Assembly (NCBI GenBank): GCA_050015395.1
Contig: JBEKBM010000011.1
Coordinates: 1 to 64,000, forward strand
Direction: 5' to 3'
From: Candidatus Bathyarchaeia archaeon
GTDB taxonomy: Archaea > Thermoproteota > Bathyarchaeia > Bathyarchaeales > Bathycorpusculaceae
Length of the DNA: 64,000 nt
Part shown: positions 48,611-57,112 of the stretch, in pieces
How the letters are laid out: each line of letters opens with the position of its first letter
How positions within the stretch are numbered: position 1 is the first letter of the stretch
The notes under the pieces: generated by a model
What the model was told of the DNA's origin: nothing
What the model saw: the letters and a program-made list of their open reading frames with translations, nothing else
Database searches by the model: none
Position numbers and translations under genes: made by a program

Positions 48611-50110
48611 ATGAGTGAAAATGTTAAGAATAATAGGAATAACGGGAATAATGGTGAGAAAAAGGTATACCCCTACCTCTGGAAACCTGTAACAGACAAG
48701 GACATAGAAGAAATATTGGGGGTTAAGATACCTCAATTACATAAGGCGCATGGAACCGTTAAACGAATGGTTAAACTCGAAGAAAACGAAGAAAACGAAG
48801 AACAGAAAAGAAAAGTTGAACAGTCACCTGGCAAGATAATAGACAGACACGTCATTGAACAAGCAAACGAAAACCTCTATTACGTTTACAGCTTAGATAA
48901 GCGCGGCTTCGCTGTTCCTGAAAACGTGAATAAGACATGGTCAACCTTTGCAACGTCCGATATAGTTTACGTTCCACTTTCCCGTTTGTTATGGCGTCCG
49001 CTGCCAATGATGAACCTTGCCTTTGAATATGACTTCACAAACATAGCGATATTATACAATGAGGTTAGACGGTTTCTTTTTGATCACGTAGATTTCACCA
49101 ATGATATAGAATATGACCTTTGCGCGGCGTGGGTTTTACACACATGGAGACTGGAAAACTTTACTGTTACACCGTACATTTTCTTTTACGGCCCTGCAAA
49201 GTCAGGTAAGACAAGAGCGATGGAAGCGTTAGGCGCGTTATCCTTCCGCTCCGTACTTGCTAACTTCTCATCCGCTGGACTGTACCATATAACGGAGCAG
49301 TGGAAACCAACTATCTTTCTGGATGAAGCTGAAGTGTATTTGCGAGGCAACGATCAAGGCGACATCTTGAACTTTCTTAACATGGGTTACAGACGCGGAC
49401 AATACGCGATCAGAATGAGGGAGAACATGAAGACGGGACGGTTTGAGCCTGAACCCTTCGACGTTTTTGGAGCAAAAGTGTTGGCGGGAACAAAGAATTT
49501 ACTTGCAACGTTGTACTCACGCTGTTTTCCCATTATTATGACCCGTGCCACACGCGATTTGAAACGTTCAATAGATTACGAGTGGGCAGACGAAATACGC
49601 GCAAAGTTGGTTATGTATCGGTTTCTTTCTTTAGCTGACGGATCCGAACCCGTCTCTATACCCGACGATTTCCTATCCATCGTTAAAGACGGAAGATTAA
49701 GAGAGCTGCTATATCCCTTGTACGTTGTCGCTCCCGAAAACGTTAAACTTGTCTTTATCAATTACGCTTCGCAATTAGACGCTGAATCTGAACGGGAAGA
49801 CGAGTTAAGCGTGGAAAGCTACGTTTACAACGCTTTAATCAGCGTGCGTAAGGACAGGAATCTTGTTCCATTGTCAGAAATCGCGGACGTTGTTAACGTT
49901 AGTTTAAAGGAGTCGTTAGGAAACAAAACGGTTGCTTCCGCGCTTAATAGGCTTGGGTTCCACAAGATATTAGTGCGAAATCGCGTTCACATCGTTTGGA
50001 ATGAGCAGCTTGCAGAGCGTTTAAGTAAACGTTATCCTAAACGCGAAATGATGGAAGACATTAAAGACGATTTTAAAGGCGAAGAAATCAAGGATAGTTA
50101 TAAATCATAA
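48611..50110 (+). CDS. P-loop ATPase, probable replication helicase/Rep of the element, with C-terminal winged helix
   Basis: WVLHTW, GPAKSGKT, IFLDEAE, LNMGYRRG, LYSRC; C-terminal LSEIADVV...VASALNRLGF. Confidence 0.75.
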   Translation: MSENVKNNRNNGNNGEKKVYPYLWKPVTDKDIEEILGVKIPQLHKAHGTVKRMVKLEENEENEEQKRKVEQSPGKIIDRHVIEQANENLYYVYSLDKRGFAVPENVNKTWSTFATSDIVYVPLSRLLWRPLPMMNLAFEYDFTNIAILYNEVRRFLFDHVDFTNDIEYDLCAAWVLHTWRLENFTVTPYIFFYGPAKSGKTRAMEALGALSFRSVLANFSSAGLYHITEQWKPTIFLDEAEVYLRGNDQGDILNFLNMGYRRGQYAIRMRENMKTGRFEPEPFDVFGAKVLAGTKNLLATLYSRCFPIIMTRATRDLKRSIDYEWADEIRAKLVMYRFLSLADGSEPVSIPDDFLSIVKDGRLRELLYPLYVVAPENVKLVFINYASQLDAESEREDELSVESYVYNALISVRKDRNLVPLSEIADVVNVSLKESLGNKTVASALNRLGFHKILVRNRVHIVWNEQLAERLSKRYPKREMMEDIKDDFKGEEIKDSYKS

Positions 50111-50175
50111 TTGTTTTTGACTCTGGGGTATACCCTTTTTACCCCGTTATTCCTATTATTCCTAACATTCCTCAC
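48615..50175. repeat. Inverted ~55-bp iteron-like arrays at 48615-48673 and 50125-50175
   Basis: AATGTTAAGAATAATAGGAATAACGGG...AAAAAGGTATACCCC vs reverse complement AATGTTAGGAATAATAGGAATAACGGGGTAAAAAGGGTATACCCC. Confidence 0.9.
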
Positions 50176-50192
50176 AAGCGGGAGGTGAATAT

Positions 50193-50486
50193 ATGGTTAA
50201 GATAAAGACGTACACAAAAGAGATTTCTTCAGCTAACATCCTTTCCATTGAGGCGGGAACTAACACGCCTTGCGGTGGAGATGCGGGTCACGGTGGAGAA
50301 ACAGTTTTCAAATTGAAAGACCTTGGAGCAACAGCTTGGCAGCTCAAATGCGATGATTTTAAGAAAGATCAACCGAAAGAAATTGAACTTACACTCTTCG
50401 GTGATACGGAAGCGGAAACCTTCATTGAAGCTTTAGAATTTGCTGTTTCTACTTTAAAAGCTCAACAGAAAAAAGTTAAATCTTAG
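50193..50486 (+). CDS. Hypothetical protein of the element
   Basis: SD GGAGGTG; GGDAGHGG motif. Confidence 0.8.
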   Translation: MVKIKTYTKEISSANILSIEAGTNTPCGGDAGHGGETVFKLKDLGATAWQLKCDDFKKDQPKEIELTLFGDTEAETFIEALEFAVSTLKAQQKKVKS

Positions 50487-50892
50487 TGTGGAGCGCGTTT
50501 TTCAGCCTCCACGTATTTTCTTAATGCAACATCAACGGCGTGAGAGCGATTTCTAAATCGTTGAGTTTTAACTTGTTCATCGATCCAACGCACCAAGTCC
50601 GGGTCAACGGTGACGGATATTTTCAGTTTCATATCATTCAAGTATTGTTCGACTCCTTAAATGCTTTATCGGGTAAACTCTGCTTCGCAAGTGTTATATA
50701 CTTTATCCTACCAAATAGAACTCGTCATGTCAAAAACGAATTTGAAAAGCCGAATTGACGCATTACCGCTTGATCTGCAAGCGCGTTTAGTCGCGGATAC
50801 GCAGACAGTCATTGAATACGAGCTTTTACCGATTTTGGAGACAGACGCACGGAAACGAAATGGAACCGAACGAACCGAAAGGAGGTGTATAA

Positions 50893-51624
50893 ATGGATAA
50901 AAACATCATAATCGCGGGAGCAATCGTTTTAACCGTTCTTCTATTATCGCTAAGTTTCTTTGCTTTTCTATCAATTCAACAGACAGATCAGAACAACCAA
51001 CTAAAAACCCAAAACACGGCTTTACAATATAACGTGGAATATCTAAATGGCACCGAGTTTTTAGTGTTAGAAAACGGTTTACTATCAGAGAACGGAAGCT
51101 ATTTACAATCTCAGATAGGCAATCTCCAATCACAATTGCAAACGGCAAACGGTGAAATCGCTAATCAAAGCAACACAATCACAGGCTTTTATCAATCACA
51201 GGAAAATGAGCTTAACAACCTGCAAGCAGCTTTAGACGCTAAAGCGTTAGGTTCTGCAACCTCAACGCCGACGCCGTCTCCAACACCGTATCCAACAGCG
51301 ACGCCGACACCGCAAACATTAGTCATAACTGTTTTGGGGCTGGAAAATCATCCGTCTAATTCAACAACAACGCTGGTTTATCTCCAAAACAATAATCCAG
51401 AAACGCTGTATAACTGCTATATTCTAATCGACATAACGAGCGAGGGTTACGCGTCCAGCGGGGTATTATTGATTGACGGAACTTATCTCCCCGTTGGAAC
51501 ATACGCTTTCAGTTTAAGCGACATCGGAGCTTATCAAACGCAGACGGATATTTTACCTATAAACTACCTGACGCTTTGCACTGCTCAGTATCAAACGGAA
51601 GCGTTCGGTTCGCCTTCACCGTAA
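50893..51624 (+). CDS. Membrane-anchored coiled-coil protein with PT linker and C-terminal beta domain
   Basis: SD GGAGGTG, N-terminal TM, Q/N-rich heptads, TPTPSPTPYPTATPTP. Confidence 0.8.
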   Translation: MDKNIIIAGAIVLTVLLLSLSFFAFLSIQQTDQNNQLKTQNTALQYNVEYLNGTEFLVLENGLLSENGSYLQSQIGNLQSQLQTANGEIANQSNTITGFYQSQENELNNLQAALDAKALGSATSTPTPSPTPYPTATPTPQTLVITVLGLENHPSNSTTTLVYLQNNNPETLYNCYILIDITSEGYASSGVLLIDGTYLPVGTYAFSLSDIGAYQTQTDILPINYLTLCTAQYQTEAFGSPSP

Positions 51625-51713
51625 AACCGCTCGCGCGCTTTTTCATTCCTTTTTTCGTTTAATTCACATTTTCTATTTTTTCGATTGAAAAACACACATC
51701 AACGTGTGTATAT

Positions 51714-52161
51714 CTATATTTATAGAGGCAATCATCGTGTCTCCTGGAGACACGGCTATGCTGGTTAATCTTACAGCAAAACTTGGCAGCAATTCATACC
51801 AAGCAGTATAGGTGTCCTGCCCATTTACCACATCGTGCTCCGTTCCAACTTGAATTAAGCTTTTGTCCGATTGACCGCCGATTCCAATCCAAGCAGAAGA
51901 ATAGCCGTCACCTGATGAAACGTTAACTTTCGGCACTATCCATGAAGCGTTTACACCCATAACTTCAAACTTGGAATTAGAATCTTTTTCAATGATGTAT
52001 CCAGCCCAGCTTAAGCTTGAAACGCTTTGACCTTGAGGATAACTAGCAAACAATGACGCCAAAATCGAGAGCAAAGATAAAGATAACACTAACAAAAGAA
52101 CCCAAACAAGAATAAGAAAAACCGCTCTGGTCCTAAACTTTCTTTTTTCCTGCAAAAGCAA
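51714..52161 (-). pseudogene. N-terminal half of interrupted G1 glutamic peptidase
   Basis: Signal/TM, SWAGY, SWIVP, SAWIGIGG, LIQVGTE (catalytic Gln), AWYELLP, VSPGD; similarity ends at the att core. Confidence 0.9.
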
Positions 52162-52284
52162 TTTTCCTCAATTTACCGTTAATAAAAATGAATCACTCTC
52201 GCTAGAAAAAAACCACTTCTAATTTTTATAGATATTGGAAAATAGCCAAACCCCAAGAAGTTTGAAAAAGGGGTTAGTTAAGCA

Positions 52285-52449
52285 TCTTAGGACGTTTTTG
52301 TGTGTGTGCTCAAGCTACCCTCCCGGTCTACTAGATGCTTCTAATATGCTTCAAATATGATTCAACATAGATGTGCATAGAACTGAGACCGCGCACTTTG
52401 CATGCAGAATGGTGCTTTTCAACATAGAAAAAGCTGTTTTTTGATGTAG
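52285..52449 (+). repeat. Dispersed repeat family, long copy
   Basis: Aligns with reverse complement of 38681-38820 and with 235-311. Confidence 0.9.
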
Positions 52450-52605
52450 AAAAAAAGCACTAAAAAGAAAAAACAAGAGCTAAATATACACAGCTAATTA
52501 AATTAGAAACCAAACCGTGCCAAAACTACAAATACCCAAAAATATCCGTACTAACTAAGGTGAATATTCAAATGCTTAATTCCCAGAGGTTACAGAGTAT
52601 TTTTT

Positions 52606-53445
52606 ATGTTTCAAGTGAAACCGATGCGCGCTGGCGATTTTCCGTTTGCAACTAAATTAGCCAACACTATGAACTGGAACATGGCAAGGGAAGATTTTGA
52701 GTTTATGGCTTCGCTTGAGCCAGAGGGTTGTTTTGTTGTTTTTCAGGGTTCTGAACGTTTAGGTATAGCTACAAGTATCAGTTTCGGGAAAGTAGGTTGG
52801 TTTGGCAACTTAATAGTTAAAGAAAGCACTCGGAACAAGGGTGCTGGAAGCCTTCTTGTAAAGCACGCTGTTAACTATTTGCAAAGCAAAGGCGTCAAAA
52901 CCATTGGGCTTTACGCTTATCCAAACCTGATTGGCTTCTACGGCAACTTAGGCTTCGAACGTGATGAGGATTTTTCGGTATTGCATGCGGAATCATTGGG
53001 TTCTTTGACCGCTGAAACTCTGCCCAAAATTGGAACGCGGCAAATTCAGGCAGTAGCCGAGTTTGATAGCGGATGTTTTGGCGGAAACAGAAAAAAACTG
53101 CTGGAATTCATCATTTTTGAAAAGGGCAATTTAAGCTATTATCTGGCTGAGAATGATGAGGTTGTTGGATATGTGGCCGCTAAGGTTTACGAGAAAATGG
53201 TTGAGGTTGGACCATTAATATGTCAGGCAGGTCACGTTGATGATGCTGTTTCTCTTCTCAAAGCGGCTCTTGTAAAATTAACGGGTTTAAGCGTTTACGC
53301 GGTGCTGCCCAAAAAAGAAACTGCACTTGCGGACATGCTTTTTAGTGTTGGTTTTAAGGAAGATTTTAGTGTGTCAAGAATGTTTCTAGGTCAAGCTGTC
53401 TCAAAAAATTGTATATACATGGCTGAATCTTTAGAAAGAGGATAA
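52606..53445 (+). CDS. GNAT-family N-acetyltransferase (tandem GNAT)
   Basis: RNKGAGSLL motif A, FYGNLGF, VGPL. Confidence 0.9.
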   Translation: MFQVKPMRAGDFPFATKLANTMNWNMAREDFEFMASLEPEGCFVVFQGSERLGIATSISFGKVGWFGNLIVKESTRNKGAGSLLVKHAVNYLQSKGVKTIGLYAYPNLIGFYGNLGFERDEDFSVLHAESLGSLTAETLPKIGTRQIQAVAEFDSGCFGGNRKKLLEFIIFEKGNLSYYLAENDEVVGYVAAKVYEKMVEVGPLICQAGHVDDAVSLLKAALVKLTGLSVYAVLPKKETALADMLFSVGFKEDFSVSRMFLGQAVSKNCIYMAESLERG

Positions 53446-53448
53446 TTT

Positions 53449-54813
53449 ATGAGTGAAGATTACTGCAAGATTTTACTTGAAGATTTTCTTAAGAATTCTT
53501 GGTTAAGCGTAAAAGTCTTAGTTGAAAAACTAAGCAGTTTCAAAGAAGAGAAGCGTGCCAAACAGGTAACGTTATTTCATTATGTTAACGGTCAGAAAGT
53601 AAACGTTCAATTTGAGGGCAACCGGTTTTTTTTAAGAGGCTCAGTTGAGTACACAAATCCCCAGCTAACCGTTGAGGAAGTACAAGGAATTATTGGCACG
53701 CGCCTGCTTGAGGCTTGCGGAAACTACTTTGAAAAATACGGTTTACATGAACCAAACAGTGGCGACATTGCTCAGCTCTTGGAGATATTGAAAAAGCCGC
53801 CTGAAGACTGCATTGTTCCTTTTTTGCTGAACACTGACGATGTAGAGGCAGACCGGTACTCCATGAATCCGCTGAAACATTCCATTGTGGCGAGTGGGCA
53901 AAGCGCTTTTCCAGCAGCATACGTTAAAACTGACCAGCTAAAGGTCGATGAGGCGTTCGTTAAAAAGTATGATGGCACCTTAATCTCTAAAGGTGAAGCA
54001 GAACTAATAGGCAACAGCCTTAAAGACGCTAATGGTTCTTACTTGGATTTGGTTGATTCAGTAAAGTACAAGCAGCTTGAGCCGCTATCTGAGTTCTTCG
54101 GCATGAACCTGTCACTTTACGCCCTACGAATGCCTCTTTCAACCCTGCAAACGGAAGGAAAAGACGGTTTACTGCATTACATTATCAGTGAAAGCCACCG
54201 CGATTACGAGGCTATTAACGAAGCTTACTCTTGCATGGGCAGAAGCATGACAAAGCGAACAACGCTGCTGACGGTGCCGCATTCAAAAAAAGGCTACGGC
54301 TCCAAACGGGTAGCCCGCGGCAAAATACACTTTGAAGATGGTAAACTGCTGGATGTTACCGTCAAATACAAGACTACTAAGCTTTACCCCAACGCCATTG
54401 ACACGGACGATGTTGCGGTTGCCCAAGCAGATGACAGTTTCACTGTAACAGGAGAAAAACTTGGCGATTACAGTTTTTCAGAGACACCCTCATCACCCCA
54501 ATTCTTCCTTTACTCCATAGGTTCACCTGAAGACGCAGCGGTTTGGCACGGAGTCGGCGCCTTCGCTTCTCCACAACTGCTCCAAAGCTATTCGTCGGCC
54601 CGCAAGGCTTGCCGAGAAGGAAAGCTAATTAAAAATCTGAACCAAAAATATAACATTAAAGCGGAACTACCATTGCAGTTTAACCTTGCCCCCGAAGGCA
54701 TATGGAGCCACCCAGTTCACCGTAACATCGACGCCAGCATCGGAACCGTAGATGACCTTCCAGATTTGGCGCATAGAGGAATGAAGATTGAGTATCTTTC
54801 AGCTTTCAAGTAG
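53449..54813 (+). CDS. Hypothetical protein
   Basis: 454-aa operonic ORF, no recognised motif. Confidence 0.8.
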   Translation: MSEDYCKILLEDFLKNSWLSVKVLVEKLSSFKEEKRAKQVTLFHYVNGQKVNVQFEGNRFFLRGSVEYTNPQLTVEEVQGIIGTRLLEACGNYFEKYGLHEPNSGDIAQLLEILKKPPEDCIVPFLLNTDDVEADRYSMNPLKHSIVASGQSAFPAAYVKTDQLKVDEAFVKKYDGTLISKGEAELIGNSLKDANGSYLDLVDSVKYKQLEPLSEFFGMNLSLYALRMPLSTLQTEGKDGLLHYIISESHRDYEAINEAYSCMGRSMTKRTTLLTVPHSKKGYGSKRVARGKIHFEDGKLLDVTVKYKTTKLYPNAIDTDDVAVAQADDSFTVTGEKLGDYSFSETPSSPQFFLYSIGSPEDAAVWHGVGAFASPQLLQSYSSARKACREGKLIKNLNQKYNIKAELPLQFNLAPEGIWSHPVHRNIDASIGTVDDLPDLAHRGMKIEYLSAFK

Positions 54814-54819
54814 GAGCAG

Positions 54820-55356
54820 TTGTGTGCTTTGTCGGCTATAGAGTATGCGGTATTTAGGATTTTTCGTTTGTTTAGGAAACTTCCTTTTAACCCACTTAGC
54901 ATTGTAAACCGTAAGGTAATTTTCGCAGAATACTTTAAGGATTTTGGCAAACTTGATGCAGTGAAACGTATTTTTGGCGAAAAAACCGAAGAAGTCCTCC
55001 GTCACCTCAAGGTGGAACTCAGCTGGATTTTCGGCTACATGTACGTGGACGGCTCCGACGGGCACCTTACAATAAGCAAAAGCTACCTAAACAACGGCAA
55101 CAGAACTGACATTTACTTGGATTTAATCCATGAATTGTGTCATGTCAAGCAGTTTATGGATGGAAGAGAACTCTTTGACCCCCGGTACGATTATGTGGAG
55201 CGACCCACCGAGATTGAAGCTTACCGTTATGCTGTCCAAGAAGCAAGACGGCTCGGACTCAGCGAGGCGAGAATCTGCTTGTATTTGAAGACTGAGTGGA
55301 TGAGTGAATACGACTTTAAACGGTTAGCAAAAGCAGTTAACGTCTCATGTTGCTAA
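54820..55356 (+). CDS. HExxH metallopeptidase-like protein
   Basis: IHELCHVKQ and PTEIEAY. Confidence 0.75.
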   Translation: MCALSAIEYAVFRIFRLFRKLPFNPLSIVNRKVIFAEYFKDFGKLDAVKRIFGEKTEEVLRHLKVELSWIFGYMYVDGSDGHLTISKSYLNNGNRTDIYLDLIHELCHVKQFMDGRELFDPRYDYVERPTEIEAYRYAVQEARRLGLSEARICLYLKTEWMSEYDFKRLAKAVNVSCC

Positions 55357-56535
55357 TGCCTCATGGTAAACATTGAGCATTTTTTGAGCGCAAATGTTCC
55401 ACGTGAAGTTCTCAGTCACAAACCTTCTGCCGTTAGCGCCCATTTTTTCTCGCAGCGACTGGTCTGAAAGCAGCTTCATTATGGCATCTGCCAACTTATC
55501 GGTGCTGCCCCGCTTCACAAGCAAACCTGTTTCGCCGTTGCAGACGGCTTCATTGACTCCGCCCACGTCAAAAGCAACAACTGGCTTAGCTGATGCTTGG
55601 GCTTCAAGCAGCACTATGCCTTGTCCCTCCTGAATAGACGGCAAAGCAAACACGTCAGCGCAATTATACACTGCTGGGAGCATATCCTCTTTAACATTAC
55701 CCAGAAACGTAAAGTTGCCTGAAAGATTCGCAGCCTCAAGTTTTCTGAGTAGCTGGTTTCTTAATGGTCCTTCTCCAACGATTATAAACTTGGTTTCCTT
55801 GTATTCTTTTACAATTTTTTTGGCGGCTTCAACCAGAAAAGGCAACCCCTTCCGAGGGATCAAACTGCCGACAAAAAGCACACAAGGCTCATTCTCTAAT
55901 CCGAATTGCCTCTTTACTGCCGCTTGGTCTTCAAAGGGCTTAAATTTCTCTGGGTCAACGCCGTTTGGAACAATCCGAATTTTAGCCGCATCAACATTAT
56001 AGAACTGCTTAATTTTCTCAAGCGAATACTGGCTTATTGTGACTATTAGTGTGGCTTTTTTCGCTGTTTCCTCTTCCAGCTTGGCAAGTCTATGCATGAA
56101 ATAGTTAGCAATTCTGCCTCTAAATGACTGGTACCTGTTTTCTCTTGCTTGCTCGTACTCGTCGGCAAGGACGCCGTGAATCGTGTGCACAAATGGTTTT
56201 TTGATGCCATGGTTATTTAGTGCTTTTAAGAGTCCATAGCCGCTTACCGCATGGGCTTCATAAACATCAGCGTCAATAGCGCCTGCTTTTTTTGCGATGC
56301 TTCTGTTGAAGAACCAGTTATCTAAAGGAAAAATTCTGTCTGTTGAATAGCACGGAACAAAACTTACGCCGCCAATGATAGTTGATTCTTTGAAGCCTGC
56401 CTTGGTGCCGCTGTAAACGGTGATGTCCACTTGGTTTTGCAGTCGCTTGGCAGTTTCGATTATCCGCTTTTCCACTCCTCCAAAGTACAGGTGAGGCGGC
56501 TGAGTGTTGAAGACGGCTAACCGAAACTTTCCCAT
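55345..56535 (-). CDS. GT4-family glycosyltransferase
   Basis: GGVE, HTIHG, VPNGVD, RKG, EGQGIVLLEA, GETGLLV. Confidence 0.95.
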   Translation of the reverse strand: MGKFRLAVFNTQPPHLYFGGVEKRIIETAKRLQNQVDITVYSGTKAGFKESTIIGGVSFVPCYSTDRIFPLDNWFFNRSIAKKAGAIDADVYEAHAVSGYGLLKALNNHGIKKPFVHTIHGVLADEYEQARENRYQSFRGRIANYFMHRLAKLEEETAKKATLIVTISQYSLEKIKQFYNVDAAKIRIVPNGVDPEKFKPFEDQAAVKRQFGLENEPCVLFVGSLIPRKGLPFLVEAAKKIVKEYKETKFIIVGEGPLRNQLLRKLEAANLSGNFTFLGNVKEDMLPAVYNCADVFALPSIQEGQGIVLLEAQASAKPVVAFDVGGVNEAVCNGETGLLVKRGSTDKLADAIMKLLSDQSLREKMGANGRRFVTENFTWNICAQKMLNVYHEALAT

Positions 56536-56681
56536 TCATTACACTTCTGTTACACGTTGATTGAACTTAGCTAATGTTAACTTCCATTTGCATATAAGTT
56601 AGATTGCTCTTTTGCTTGAAGATGCTGAGACGAAGCTTTTTAAAACTGAATTAATCTAGATATTTCTAGCGGGTTTTAACA

Positions 56682-56990
56682 GTGCTTAATGATTTTGAAC
56701 TTGTTATCTACGGTCTTATCGGAACCGAAATTTTCGCGTTCAGCTCAGGTGATTTCAGGGACGTTTTAAAGGCTGTGACAAAAGCAAGGAGCAGCATAAA
56801 TCAGGTCTCTAAAGAGTCTACCCTGCTGTTGACTCAAGCAGCGCTATCAGCGCCAGAGTCTAGCAACAAAGACCTTATGCTTTTGAAGGCGGCGAATAAC
56901 CTTGGGATTGTCACGCTTGGCAAGACCCGTGAGCAGCTCACCGAAGAGATTAATGTTAAAGTCAGAAAACTAACCATTAGCACCGTTTAA
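56682..56990 (+). CDS. Hypothetical protein
   Basis: 102-aa ORF filling the intergenic space. Confidence 0.55.
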   Translation: MLNDFELVIYGLIGTEIFAFSSGDFRDVLKAVTKARSSINQVSKESTLLLTQAALSAPESSNKDLMLLKAANNLGIVTLGKTREQLTEEINVKVRKLTISTV

Positions 56991-57112
56991 CATCTTCATT
57001 ATACCTAAATTAAGGCATAGAATGCATAGTCCGCACTATTTCATATGCCCAATCGCTATGGCTTAATACTTTTATATAGTCTCTTAGCGTATTTTTCGGT
57101 ACGGGATGAAAA

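Larger units (their letters stand above)
42725..51721. mobile_element. Integrated ~9 kb tyrosine-integrase element (integrative plasmid, provirus or transposon-like)
   Basis: 8-bp direct repeat CTATATTT at 42725-42732 and 51714-51721; interrupts a gene in frame; carries integrase, RHH protein, P-loop ATPase and many small ORFs. Confidence 0.92.
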
